A DNA stretch of 28,342 nucleotides from Anaerolineaceae bacterium (GTDB lineage: Bacteria; Chloroflexota; Anaerolineae; Anaerolineales; Anaerolineaceae). This document shows, in pieces, positions 15,788 through 25,034 of the stretch. The DNA lies in assembly GCA_035340555.1 (NCBI GenBank), contig DAOQTN010000001.1, forward strand, positions 1-28,342, in the 5' to 3' direction. A program made the position numbers and the translations under genes. Position 1 is the stretch's first letter. Each line of letters starts with the position of its first letter. The notes below the pieces were generated by a model. The model saw only the letters and a list, made by a program, of their open reading frames with translations. It had not been told where the DNA came from and did not search any database.

Positions 15788-17227
15788 CTACGCCGTGGTT
15801 TCAAAGTGGTCCTGCTCCACCTGCTGCCAGGTTTCACCGGGGTGAATATGCAAATAAGCGCCCAACAAAGGAGCCGCTTGCTGCACCAGTTCAGCCATGC
15901 GGCGCGCCACACGCCGGATCGAAAAGTGGGCATTGGGGGCAGTGCGCAGAGCCAAAAAGTGCATCAGGGAACGCAGGTTGGTGTTGATCAGGACCCGGCG
16001 GTTGAAGCCATTGGGGACAATATAGGAAGCCAGCGCGGGGTTAAATCCGGCCAAGGCGGCCCAGGTCTGATGGGCAGAGTCAAGGGCCCGGCAGACATCA
16101 TCAGCAACACCGGCCGCGACAAACCGGCGCGGCAAGGCATAACCCAACGCGGCGGTGAGTGCCTGGGGGGTTTGCGTCATCATGCGGTGACGTTTTAGTT
16201 CAGCATACGCCCCCTGATCCAATATCACATCAAAGGTGAAGGCGGCGTATTCCAATTCACGCAGTGGCGTATCATGCGGCCCCAAGTCTGCCAAGACGGC
16301 CTGTGCTAGTTGAATCCGTCCAGCCGGCGGCATGGCCTGGACCGCAGCCAAAGCTTGGGCGTAGGGCTGGCGACCAAACCGATACAATGCGGCAGCCAGG
16401 ATCCGAATTTCAGCGTCGGCATCAAAGTGCACCAGCCGGCACCAGGGCGTGTCGCCAGGATCCAATACTTCCAGCGACTGGGATGTGGCGGCTGATTGCG
16501 CTGTCAGGCGCTCACCGGCTGACTGTAAATACGCCACCGCATCCGCATATTTCACCAGTGTGGGGATGCTCTGCCGGGCCGCGGTCTTGATCTCGGTCCC
16601 AATGGCACGAACCTCCGCCAGTGGGTGGGAAAGCATCTTGCTGATGGCATGTTCAAGTGCCCGGGCATTGATGGTCATGCCAACATTGGCCAAAGCAGCA
16701 GCCGGGAGCAGAAAGCGGCAAACATCCACGCCTTGCGGGCGGACTCGTCGCAGCCAGGCGTCTTCGGTTTCTTCAGGGTCGCGGGGCGTCTCCCTTTTGA
16801 CCGCCGCCAATACCGGGTCCAGACACCGGGTATAAGTGTCAAACAAATCGCGGCAGGTATCCACAAACCGTTCCCGCAGCAAATGATGGTCAAGTTCTGG
16901 GGGAATAAAAAAATCGTCCGGGCCCCATTGCTGGTAGCGGGTGGATTTTTCAGTATAAGATGCCAGACGATTGGACTCAAGCGATTCAACAGCCAGGCGG
17001 GAGAGGTTTTCAACCGCGATGTGCAAAACAGCATGTTCCGCAACCGAGGCATGTCCATAGCCCACCACCCATTTTTCGTGAAAATCGGCACTGCGGGCCG
17101 CAGTCAACTCGGCGGCAATCTGCCTAAATGACTGGGGGGAACGCGATGTCTTGGCAAACGTCACTGCAATGGTTTCAGGTGGCAGGTCCTGTGGATCCAG
17201 CAGATACACCTGACGTTCACGCGGCAT
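15788..17227 (-). CDS. thyX: FAD-dependent thymidylate synthase, tandem-domain ThyX
   Basis: GHASVAEH and SYTEKSTRY in domain 1; ELKRHR and TNLRSLMHFLALR in domain 2. Overlaps the ribF stop and has an internal GGAGG ribosome-binding site. Confidence 0.85.
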   Translation of the reverse strand: MPRERQVYLLDPQDLPPETIAVTFAKTSRSPQSFRQIAAELTAARSADFHEKWVVGYGHASVAEHAVLHIAVENLSRLAVESLESNRLASYTEKSTRYQQWGPDDFFIPPELDHHLLRERFVDTCRDLFDTYTRCLDPVLAAVKRETPRDPEETEDAWLRRVRPQGVDVCRFLLPAAALANVGMTINARALEHAISKMLSHPLAEVRAIGTEIKTAARQSIPTLVKYADAVAYLQSAGERLTAQSAATSQSLEVLDPGDTPWCRLVHFDADAEIRILAAALYRFGRQPYAQALAAVQAMPPAGRIQLAQAVLADLGPHDTPLRELEYAAFTFDVILDQGAYAELKRHRMMTQTPQALTAALGYALPRRFVAAGVADDVCRALDSAHQTWAALAGFNPALASYIVPNGFNRRVLINTNLRSLMHFLALRTAPNAHFSIRRVARRMAELVQQAAPLLGAYLHIHPGETWQQVEQDHFETTA

Positions 17228-18143
17228 GGCTGAAAACCTCCCGGGCGGACCGGATATCCTGACAAATTTGCAGCATTAAAGCATCAATGGTATCAAATCG
17301 CTGCTCTTGACGCAATCGAGAAAGGAATTCGAGCTGCAAGACCTGATCGTAAAGGTCACGATCCAAATCCAACAAATGAGCTTCAACGCGCAAGGCAGGT
17401 TCGCCATCAAATGTCGGGCGCACACCAATATTGGTGACCGCAGGCAGGCGTTCACCCCCAACCCAGGCCCAGGTAGTATAAACACCGTTAGCCGGTAACA
17501 ATCGCGAGGGCGAAACATCCAGGTTGGCCGTGGGAAAACCCAGACCGCGTCCACGGCCATCCCCATGTATCACCCGCCCTTCCACGCTGTGGGGCCGCCC
17601 CAGCAACCGGGCCGCCGTGCCTACTTCACCCGCCTGCAGGGCCTGGCGGATACGACTGGATGAGACTGGTTCACCATCCAGGGTGACCGTAGGGAAAAGT
17701 GAAACTTCATATCCCAATTCTGCGCCTAACTGGCGCAACCTTTCGACATCACCTTCACGGCCCCGACCCAGGGCAAACCCGGAACCAATTCGCAGGTGAC
17801 GCAGTCCCAAGGCATTGTGAACGCGCTGCATAAATTCTGCAGCTGATAGTTCAGCCAGAGCAGCATTAAACGGCAGTGTCACCACCACGTCCACGCCCAA
17901 TTCCCCCAACAAACGGGCCCGATTGGCCGCGCTGGTCAGGCAGTACGGTCCGGTACTGCCCCGCAGGGCGACCAGGGGATGCGGAGAAAAGGTGATCACC
18001 ACAGAGGGGGCATCTGCGGAAGCTGAATCCTGAACCAGGGTGCGAATTAACGCCTGATGACCGCGGTGCACGCCATCAAAAGTACCAATGGTTACCCAGG
18101 CGCCGGATAAATGCAGCGCATCCAGGCTATCTTCGTGACGCAT
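17217..18143 (-). CDS. ribF: Bifunctional riboflavin kinase/FAD synthetase
   Basis: Motifs IGTFDGVHRGH, SSSRIR, GRGLGFPTAN, NIGVRPT and EAHLLD. Confidence 0.97.
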   Translation of the reverse strand: MRHEDSLDALHLSGAWVTIGTFDGVHRGHQALIRTLVQDSASADAPSVVITFSPHPLVALRGSTGPYCLTSAANRARLLGELGVDVVVTLPFNAALAELSAAEFMQRVHNALGLRHLRIGSGFALGRGREGDVERLRQLGAELGYEVSLFPTVTLDGEPVSSSRIRQALQAGEVGTAARLLGRPHSVEGRVIHGDGRGRGLGFPTANLDVSPSRLLPANGVYTTWAWVGGERLPAVTNIGVRPTFDGEPALRVEAHLLDLDRDLYDQVLQLEFLSRLRQEQRFDTIDALMLQICQDIRSAREVFSHAA

Positions 18144-19057
18144 CAGCTGGCTACAAAAACTTTTTTGGGCTGCCAGCCGCCTTTTTCAGCGTCATACACC
18201 AGCAATGCCACCAATTCACCATCGGCCGTCACGCCGCGCACCATGGTCTCGGCAGCACCTTCGCCAGTAACCATGTGCCCGTGCCGGACTTCATCGATCT
18301 GTTTTTCATCCAGCACCAAGGCAGGCCAATCGCTCAAGGCTTCGGCTGCCGGGATAATGTACTGACCCCAAGTGCCGTTGTCAAAAGCCTCACGCAACTT
18401 ACGCAATGGTATGGCGTCCCGCAGGGTGAAACGGCCGCTGCGGGTCCGGCGCAAGCCCACCAAATGTGCCCCGCAGCCCAGCTTGGTACCCATGTCATTA
18501 GCCAGGGAGCGGACATAGGTGCCGGATGAGCAATACACATCAATCACAGCCTCTGGTGGATCCCATTCAAGCAGTTCCAGACTGTAGACATTGATCTTGC
18601 GCGGGGCCAGGTCCACTTCTTCACCTTCACGCGCCATATCGTAAGCATGGCGTCCTTTTATCTTGATCGCGGAGTAAGGCGGTGGAACCTGCTCAATCTC
18701 GCCAACAAAACCAGCCAAAGCTTCCTTAAACTGTTCCTCAGTAATATTATCCACAGGCGCTGAGGTTAAAATTTCACCATCAGCATCGTAGGTATCAGTT
18801 GAAACACCCAGCTCAATCACAGCCTGGTAGCGTTTGTCGGATGCCGAGACATATTCACTCAGCCGAACAGCTGGTCCTAATAAAATGACCAGCACCCCAG
18901 AGGCGCGCGGGTCAAGCGTACCAGTATGTCCAGCGCGGCGCAAATTGGTGCCCTTCCGAATAACCTGGACGACATCATGCGATGTCAGTCCGACTGGTTT
19001 ATCCACAACCAGGACGCCGGAAATCGTATCATTTGGATCTTGGAACGGTTTCCCCAT
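18143..19057 (-). CDS. truB: tRNA pseudouridine(55) synthase
   Basis: Motifs VDKPVGLTSHDVV, GHTGTLDP, QVPPPYSAIK and CSSGTYVRSLA. Confidence 0.97.
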   Translation of the reverse strand: MGKPFQDPNDTISGVLVVDKPVGLTSHDVVQVIRKGTNLRRAGHTGTLDPRASGVLVILLGPAVRLSEYVSASDKRYQAVIELGVSTDTYDADGEILTSAPVDNITEEQFKEALAGFVGEIEQVPPPYSAIKIKGRHAYDMAREGEEVDLAPRKINVYSLELLEWDPPEAVIDVYCSSGTYVRSLANDMGTKLGCGAHLVGLRRTRSGRFTLRDAIPLRKLREAFDNGTWGQYIIPAAEALSDWPALVLDEKQIDEVRHGHMVTGEGAAETMVRGVTADGELVALLVYDAEKGGWQPKKVFVAS

Positions 19058-19100
19058 GGTCTTTTTTTACCTCTGTTTCGTTTATCCTTTTTGTATAAGA

Positions 19101-19109
19101 ATTATAACA
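19101..19109 (-). promoter_or_regulatory. Internal extended -10 promoter upstream of truB
   Basis: Perfect TG-T-TATAAT on the minus strand within the AT-rich nrnA-truB gap. Confidence 0.55.
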
Positions 19110-19113
19110 TTTC

Positions 19114-20088
19114 TCAGACGACTGCAGGCCCGGCTTTCAGTTGGGCTTCAGTAGCCTGGATGACGCGTGGGCAAACTTCGGCAAGCGTCCCGGGAATATC
19201 CGCTCCGGCAGCGGCGCTATGGCCACCCCCGCCAAAACTGAAGGCAAGTTGCGAAACATCATAACCGGGTTGAGAGCGCCAGCTCACCTTCACTGAACCT
19301 TCATGTTGTTCAATGAAAAGGACCACAATATCACACTCGTCTATACTGGAGAGGATATTGGTCAAATCGGCATCATCATTACCCTGATAGCCGCTGGTTT
19401 TTCGGTCTTCAAGGGTCAGGGTTGTCCAACAGAGACGGCCCTTTCGGTTTAATCGAGAGAGGCCCAACCCCCAATAACGGGTGGCAGCGTATGTGCGCAC
19501 AATCAAAGCCCGGCGGTACAACTCTGGCAGATCAGCACCCTGATCCACCAGCATGGCCCCCAGCCGCAGGGCATTGGCATTCATGTTGGAAGTCCGAAAA
19601 CCGATGGTATCCGTCAGCAAACCGGTCAGCAGTGCCGCAGCCGCGTCAGGGGGGATCGGCAGTCCCCAGTCAGGCAGCCGCTCAGCCAGGATGGCGGCAG
19701 TGGCGACAGCTTCAGGCATAACCAAATTTAAACGGCCAAAATTCAGGTTGGTGACATGATGATCAATATTCAGATCAGGCGTGCGACCTTCCAATGGCTT
19801 GCCCAGCCGGCGGGGATCGGAAGCATCCAGGGTTACCAGGATATCAAATTCGTCGGTGGGTTCCTGAAGGATTTGATCTGCACCGGGTAGATGCCGGAAG
19901 GTGCGAATGACCCCATCAGCCAAAACCATCTGGACTTTCTTCCCCACAGCCTGCAGAGCCAGTCCCAATCCAAGGGTGGATCCGACCGCGTCTCCATCCG
20001 GCCGAATGTGTGACAGAATCAAGATTCGTTCAGCGCCGGCAAACAATTCCCGGATTTGTGCATCCAGGGAAACTGTGACCTCGTTCAT
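19114..20088 (-). CDS. nrnA: DHH/DHHA1 bifunctional oligoribonuclease/PAP phosphatase
   Basis: Motifs SHIRPDGDAVGS, NIDHH, GLLTDT and GGGGHSAAAG; position between rbfA and truB. Confidence 0.92.
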   Translation of the reverse strand: MNEVTVSLDAQIRELFAGAERILILSHIRPDGDAVGSTLGLGLALQAVGKKVQMVLADGVIRTFRHLPGADQILQEPTDEFDILVTLDASDPRRLGKPLEGRTPDLNIDHHVTNLNFGRLNLVMPEAVATAAILAERLPDWGLPIPPDAAAALLTGLLTDTIGFRTSNMNANALRLGAMLVDQGADLPELYRRALIVRTYAATRYWGLGLSRLNRKGRLCWTTLTLEDRKTSGYQGNDDADLTNILSSIDECDIVVLFIEQHEGSVKVSWRSQPGYDVSQLAFSFGGGGHSAAAGADIPGTLAEVCPRVIQATEAQLKAGPAVV

Positions 20089-20489
20089 TGTTTGTCCTCA
20101 TCGTCAGCTTTTGATGTTTCCGTTGAGGATTGAGGGGACTGTTCGGGGCGAATTTCAGCCAGCAGGCGTTCAATTCGATCTGCTCGTTCAGGTGTCGGAT
20201 CCCAATGAAACCGCAGCCGGGGGAACACGCGCAGTTCAACCCGCTCAGCAAGTTGGCGACGCAGAAAACCGCTCGCGCTGTTCAGACCAGCCAGAATTTC
20301 AGCCGCCCGCTCCTGGCCCTCAACGGCAGAAGCATAAACATCCGCATACGCCAGTTCGCGGTCCACTTTGACATCGGTGATGAAAATTCCAGTCAGGCGC
20401 GGATCGCGCACATTACTCATCACCAGCATTTCAGACAATTCCTGCCGAATCCGGTCGGCAATCCGTTGCAGCCTTAATTGCGAAGGCAT
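20085..20489 (-). CDS. rbfA: 30S ribosome-binding factor A
   Basis: Motifs RIADRIRQEL, VRDPRL, ASGFLR and RVFPRLRFHWD. Start set at the ATG at 20489 (AGGAG ribosome-binding site). Confidence 0.96.
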   Translation of the reverse strand: MPSQLRLQRIADRIRQELSEMLVMSNVRDPRLTGIFITDVKVDRELAYADVYASAVEGQERAAEILAGLNSASGFLRRQLAERVELRVFPRLRFHWDPTPERADRIERLLAEIRPEQSPQSSTETSKADDEDKQ

Positions 20490-20561
20490 GGTATCTCTCC
20501 TTGCAGGCAAGAGCCTGATTTCATTCGTGCTTGCAGATAAACAGCCGATGACAACGACCGA

Positions 20562-22346
20562 TTAAAGGCCCTTTTCCAGAATATAACATTCCACCACATC
20601 GCCGGCTTCAATGTTGGTAAAATTCCGTAAAGCCACGCCGCATTCAAAGCCGAGTCGGACAACATTGACATCTTCCTTCTCGTGTTTCAAACTGGACATG
20701 TCGCCTTCAAATAAAATTTCACCGGATCGAAGCAGGCGGACCTTGCCATTGCGGCGCAGTTCGCCCTCTTTTACCCGACACCCGGCGATATTGCCGACTT
20801 TGCTGATTTTAAATACCGCCAATACTTCAGCCCGCCCGACAACAGTTTCCTTAACTTCGGGCGCCAGCATGCCCTTGAGTGCCTTCTCAACATCCTCAGT
20901 CAGACGGTAAATGATGTTGTATAACCGAATGGAGACACCCTCTGTCTCCGCCAGGCGACGGGCGGCCACATCGGCCTGGACATTGAAGCCCACAACAATG
21001 GCATGGGAGGCTGTTGCCAGCATGACATCGTTTTCGCTGATATTCCCTGTTTCGGCATGCAGGACATTGATGCCAATGGTGCTTTCCTTGCCCAGGTTTT
21101 TCAATTCACCCACAATGGGCTCCAGGGAACCCTGTACATCCGCTTTCACAATCAGGCGCAGTTCACGTTCTTCTCCAGATTGAACCCGGCTGAACAATTC
21201 TTCCAGGGTCGCCTTGGGGGTCGCAGCCCGTTGGGCTTGGGCTTTGCTGCGTCGTTCATCGACAACCTGACGTGCTTCACGCTCATTGGCCAAGACCTGG
21301 AAAAGGTCCCCCGCCTCTGGGACTTCGCTCAATCCCATGATCTGGACCGGGGTGGATGGACCCGCCTTTTGCAGCTTGCGACCACGGAAATCAAACATGG
21401 CGCGGATGCGCCCCCAAGCCGTACCGGCCAGCACGATGTCCCCCACAGCCAGGGTGCCATTCTGTACCAGTAATGTGGCAACCACGCCTTTGGCGCGATC
21501 AACTTTGGCCTCAATGACAGTACCAATTGTCCGACCATTGGAATTGGCCTGAATATCCATATTCTCGGCCACCAACAAAATGGCCTCCAGCAAGTCTTCT
21601 ATCCCGCGGCGGAATTTTGCCGACACAGGAACAACCAGTGTGTTGCCTTCCCATTCATCAGGTACCAGATCAAGATCGGCAAGCTGTCTCTTGACAAAAT
21701 CAGGATTGGCTCCATCCAAATCAACCTTGTTCATGGCAACGATGATCGGTACCCGGGCCGCACGGGCGTGCGCAATGGCCTCACGGGTTTGCGGCATGAC
21801 ACCATCATTAGCCGCCACAACCAGAACAACGATGTCTGCCCCTTGGGCTCCACGGGAACGCATTGCAGTAAAGGCCGCATGACCCGGTGTGTCCAGAAAA
21901 GTGATGGGATGTCCCTTGTGCTCAACTTGATAAGCACCAATATGCTGGGTAATTCCACCGGCCTCCCCGCCCGCCACGTTGGTATGGCGAATGGCATCCA
22001 GCAGGGTGGTCTTACCATGATCCACATGACCCAAAATGGTCACCACCGGAGCCCGGCCGGACAGATTCTTTTGCTCTTCATTTGCAATCAACTGCCGCCA
22101 AAGGGGTATTTCGCCGGTTTCCTTCTCTTCTACAATGTCGATGGCTTCCGGGTGGGCTTCAAAACCCATCTCCGAGGCCACAACTGCAGCAGTATCAAAA
22201 TCCACCTGCCCATTAATGTTGACCATCACACCAACATCCATCAGGACTTTCATGACCTTAATGGGGCTGGTCTCCAACTTGGTAGCCAAATCACGCACAA
22301 TGATGACGGCCGGCAGTTCGATCTGTTTCTGCCCTTGTTCACTCAT
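20562..22346 (-). CDS. infB: Translation initiation factor IF-2 (short form, single N-domain)
   Basis: Motifs GHVDHGKT, GGITQHIG, DTPGHAAF, NKVD, KADVQGS and GFECG. Start set at 22346 (GAGGAGGTG ribosome-binding site). Confidence 0.98.
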   Translation of the reverse strand: MSEQGQKQIELPAVIIVRDLATKLETSPIKVMKVLMDVGVMVNINGQVDFDTAAVVASEMGFEAHPEAIDIVEEKETGEIPLWRQLIANEEQKNLSGRAPVVTILGHVDHGKTTLLDAIRHTNVAGGEAGGITQHIGAYQVEHKGHPITFLDTPGHAAFTAMRSRGAQGADIVVLVVAANDGVMPQTREAIAHARAARVPIIVAMNKVDLDGANPDFVKRQLADLDLVPDEWEGNTLVVPVSAKFRRGIEDLLEAILLVAENMDIQANSNGRTIGTVIEAKVDRAKGVVATLLVQNGTLAVGDIVLAGTAWGRIRAMFDFRGRKLQKAGPSTPVQIMGLSEVPEAGDLFQVLANEREARQVVDERRSKAQAQRAATPKATLEELFSRVQSGEERELRLIVKADVQGSLEPIVGELKNLGKESTIGINVLHAETGNISENDVMLATASHAIVVGFNVQADVAARRLAETEGVSIRLYNIIYRLTEDVEKALKGMLAPEVKETVVGRAEVLAVFKISKVGNIAGCRVKEGELRRNGKVRLLRSGEILFEGDMSSLKHEKEDVNVVRLGFECGVALRNFTNIEAGDVVECYILEKGL

Positions 22347-22358
22347 AAAACACCTCCT

Positions 22359-22444
22359 CGGCACTTCCAGCTAAAGATGCCCCCTCCCGTCAGTCCGCTT
22401 CCTGGCGCTGAAACCCAAAGGGCATCAATTTTCCGGCAGTGCCG
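22359..22444 (-). promoter_or_regulatory. Long hairpin in the ylxR-infB spacer, abutting the infB Shine-Dalgarno sequence
   Basis: Nested minus-strand pairings CGGCACT/AGTGCCG, CCGG/CTGG, AAA/TTT, GATGCCC/GGGCATC, TCAG/CTGA and CGC/GCG. Confidence 0.5.
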
Positions 22445-22498
22445 GGCAGGGGCGGGCCAATTAGCGTTTCATCTTTGTTAAGCGTTCAGGTGGCCGGT

Positions 22499-22813
22499 TC
22501 ACGCCGCCCCCTCAGGGGTTGACGGTGTTTCTTCCGGCAAAGTCTGGACAAAGGCTTCCAATTGATCACGGTCCGACGCACTCAATTCCACGCGCAGGGC
22601 CCCTGCCAGGGCACCCTTGAGAGCACGCAGCCAACAGTCCCGGCTGTTATGCACATAAGCTCCCCGCCCATTGGCCTTGCCCGAAGGATCCACTCGAACG
22701 CCATCCGTGGTGCGCACCACCCGGATCAGGGTGCGCTTGGGCAGTACCAGACGGCAACCAACACAGGTCCGCTGGGGGGCATGTTTGACGCGAGGTTTTG
22801 GTTTCTTGGTCAC
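22499..22813 (-). CDS. ylxR: YlxR/RnpM (DUF448) RNA-binding protein
   Basis: Motifs PQRTCVGCR, LIRVVR and GKANGRGAY; lies between nusA and infB. Confidence 0.95.
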   Translation of the reverse strand: MTKKPKPRVKHAPQRTCVGCRLVLPKRTLIRVVRTTDGVRVDPSGKANGRGAYVHNSRDCWLRALKGALAGALRVELSASDRDQLEAFVQTLPEETPSTPEGAA

Positions 22814-22837
22814 CTGTCCTGTCTCTAAATTACAATC

Positions 22838-24763
22838 TTAAAGATCCCACTCATCATCGCCTTCCTTGTGAGGACTGCGATACACAGCGGCACCCGTATC
22901 CGGGTCGTATTCAACCACAGGGCGGCGCTTCTTCTTACCAGACTTTTTCTTTCCAGGTCGGCCCTTGGCATCCTCGTCTTCCTCTTCCTCCACCGGAATT
23001 GGGTGCAGGGTTTCGGGGCGCAGGGAGAAGATCTCTTCCAGCGATGGCTCTGATTCAGCCTCAGTTTCAACGAGGTTGTCAACAGCAGTTTCAACAGCAG
23101 TTTCAACAACCGGTTCAACCCCGGCTTCAACCTGGACAGCAAGTTCTGTAGCCGGCTCCACCTGCGGCGGGATGGCTTCAATTTCTACCACCGGCGCTTC
23201 AGGTTGGGCGGTGGGTGGCGCTTCAACAGCAACCGGTTCAACCCCGGCTTCGGCAGCCATCTGATCAGCTTGAGCCTTTTCGGCCAGAGCCATCATGAGT
23301 TTATTGATTTCATCCATCGCCTTCCGGCCAATCCCATTGAGTCGCAGAATGTCGTCAGGCATCTTTTTCATCTGCAGAGCCAGATCGGAGACCGTCGCAT
23401 AACCGGCTTCCTGCAGGATGTAGCAAACATGTTCCGGCAAGCCGCTGTCGAGAATATTTGTCTCATAAGCACTCGCGGGAATATCCGGGTGGGTCTGGCG
23501 GGCGGCAACAGCATCCACCGGTTTTTCTGCAGCCAAATGAACTGAACGACGTTGCACCCGATCCACAAATTGGCCCATCTGATCATATTCTTCAGGAGAC
23601 AGGGCCCGTCCTTCAGTTTTTCGCACCAGCAGATCGCTGATCTTTTCAACCAGGGCATTGTCCATAATGGTTGCCAGGGTCGCGTCTTCAGCAATGTTTT
23701 TCACGGCATCACTCGCAGCTTCAGGCAGGCTCTTGATATCAATGCGCCAGCCCGTCAGCTTGGCTGCCAGCCGGGCATTCTGGCCGTCCCGACCAATTGC
23801 CAGGCTGAGTTGATCTTCAGGGACCACAACCGTGGCGGTTTTCCCGTTGACGGATTGATCATTCAGGTAGACGCCGGTCACCCGGGCCGGGCTGATGGCC
23901 TTGGCAATAAAAACAGCCGGGTCGGCATTCCATTCGATCACATCAATCTTCTCATCATGCAGTTCCCGCACAATCGCCTGAATGCGCACCCCGCGAATAC
24001 CGACGCAGGCCCCTACAGGGTCAATGCCGCTTTGAGTCGCCGAGACGGCGACCTTGGCGCGTTGCCCGGGTTCACGGGCAATGGAGCGAATCTCAACCAC
24101 GCCGTGGAAAATTTCAGGGACTTCGGTCTCCAGCAGGCGGCGCAAAAAGTTGCGGTGGGTCCGGGAGAGCACAATCTGGGGACCGCGCGGGCTGTCTTTG
24201 ACTTCAGCCAACAGGGCGCGCACCCGATCATGAACACGGAAGCGTTCACCCGGGATCAATTCCTTCCGGGGCATGGTGCCCTCGGCCTTCATTTCAAGAC
24301 CGATGGTCAGACCGGCACCGTTGACTGCCTGAACGACACCGCTGATGATCTCGCCAATTTGTTTTTCATAATGATCAATTTGTGCCTGGCGTTCCGCATC
24401 CCGGATGCGCTGCTGAATAACCTGGCGGGCGGTTTGTGCGGCCACTCGGCCAAAATCTGCCGGTGTAGATTCCACAATCACCATATCGCCTAATTCGGCA
24501 GCCGGATTTACCCGCCGGGCATCCCCAAGGGTCACCTCGGTGTGGGGATCGACAACCTCTTCCACCACTTCTTTTTCCGCCCGAACCGATACTTTACCGG
24601 TATCAATATCCACAGTCGCCTCAACGTGTTGAGCGGCCGAGGCGTTGACAGCACGGCGGTAGGCCGAGACCATCGCCATTTCCAGCGCCTTAAGAATGAC
24701 TTCCTTGGGGAGCTGTTTTTCTTCCAGCACTTCATTAAAGGCCAGAGTAAATTCGTTCTTCAT
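22838..24763 (-). CDS. nusA: Transcription termination/antitermination factor NusA with a long C-terminal extension
   Basis: Motifs [39 protein letters not shown] and [25 protein letters not shown]. Start set at 24763 (GGAGA ribosome-binding site). Confidence 0.97.
   Translation of the reverse strand: MKNEFTLAFNEVLEEKQLPKEVILKALEMAMVSAYRRAVNASAAQHVEATVDIDTGKVSVRAEKEVVEEVVDPHTEVTLGDARRVNPAAELGDMVIVESTPADFGRVAAQTARQVIQQRIRDAERQAQIDHYEKQIGEIISGVVQAVNGAGLTIGLEMKAEGTMPRKELIPGERFRVHDRVRALLAEVKDSPRGPQIVLSRTHRNFLRRLLETEVPEIFHGVVEIRSIAREPGQRAKVAVSATQSGIDPVGACVGIRGVRIQAIVRELHDEKIDVIEWNADPAVFIAKAISPARVTGVYLNDQSVNGKTATVVVPEDQLSLAIGRDGQNARLAAKLTGWRIDIKSLPEAASDAVKNIAEDATLATIMDNALVEKISDLLVRKTEGRALSPEEYDQMGQFVDRVQRRSVHLAAEKPVDAVAARQTHPDIPASAYETNILDSGLPEHVCYILQEAGYATVSDLALQMKKMPDDILRLNGIGRKAMDEINKLMMALAEKAQADQMAAEAGVEPVAVEAPPTAQPEAPVVEIEAIPPQVEPATELAVQVEAGVEPVVETAVETAVDNLVETEAESEPSLEEIFSLRPETLHPIPVEEEEDEDAKGRPGKKKSGKKKRRPVVEYDPDTGAAVYRSPHKEGDDEWDL
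23079..23138. repeat. Degenerate 12-bp coding tandem repeat in the nusA tail
   Basis: Units tcaacagcagtt x2, tcaacaaccggt, tcaaccccggct and tcaacctggaca encode [18 protein letters not shown] 20-bp segment recurs near 23231-23250. Confidence 0.6.
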
Positions 24764-24797
24764 CTTATTCGTTCTCCAACCATAACCCATATATGCA

Positions 24798-24822
24798 GAA
24801 AAGTGGGGGGCGCCCACTTTTC
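24798..24822 (-). terminator. Attenuator-like terminator in the nusA 5' leader
   Basis: Perfect 10-bp inverted repeat GAAAAGTGGG/CCCACTTTTC with a short U-tract, located between the promoter and the nusA ribosome-binding site. Confidence 0.6.
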
Positions 24823-24852
24823 AGTGCTTGCGGTACATTGTTCAACGGCTAT

Positions 24853-24881
24853 ATTTTAACACAGAGATAAATGAATCGCAA
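24853..24881 (-). promoter_or_regulatory. Sigma70 promoter of the nusA operon
   Basis: TTGCGA-N17-TAAAAT with an extended TG. Confidence 0.75.
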
Positions 24882-24938
24882 GGGGTCCTCAAATGTTTGG
24901 CTCTAATTCAGTGAGAGTTTTTCAAGCCCTCAAGCAGT

Positions 24939-25034
24939 GGCAAAGTAACGCCGCAGGCTGCCCCAGATAGAGACTTATTGAGGCGGCCCGCGGCCTCAAC
25001 CAACCAGGCAAGGGGTTCAAGGCGCGCTTTTACC
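24939..25034 (-). ncRNA. Candidate rod-shaped small RNA or upstream leader
   Basis: Nested stems GGTAAA/TTTGCC, CGCC/GGCG, CCCC/GGGG and TTGAGGC/GCCTCAA around a central bubble of about 12-13 nt per side. A minus-strand TTGACA lies at 25071-25076. Confidence 0.25.

Noticed and set aside
21768-22481. 237-aa plus-strand ORF
   Set aside because: Antisense shadow of infB.
23552-24493. 313-aa plus-strand ORF
   Set aside because: Antisense shadow of the conserved nusA core; no motifs or ribosome-binding site.
24764-24817. 18-aa N-terminal extension of NusA in the ORF track
   Set aside because: It falls in the leader and terminator hairpin; the ATG at 24763 has the ribosome-binding site and the typical start.
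24939-25034. SRP (4.5S) RNA or tRNA identity
   Set aside because: Lacks the SRP domain IV CAGG..GNRA..AGCAG motif and any cloverleaf or T-loop GTTCRA.
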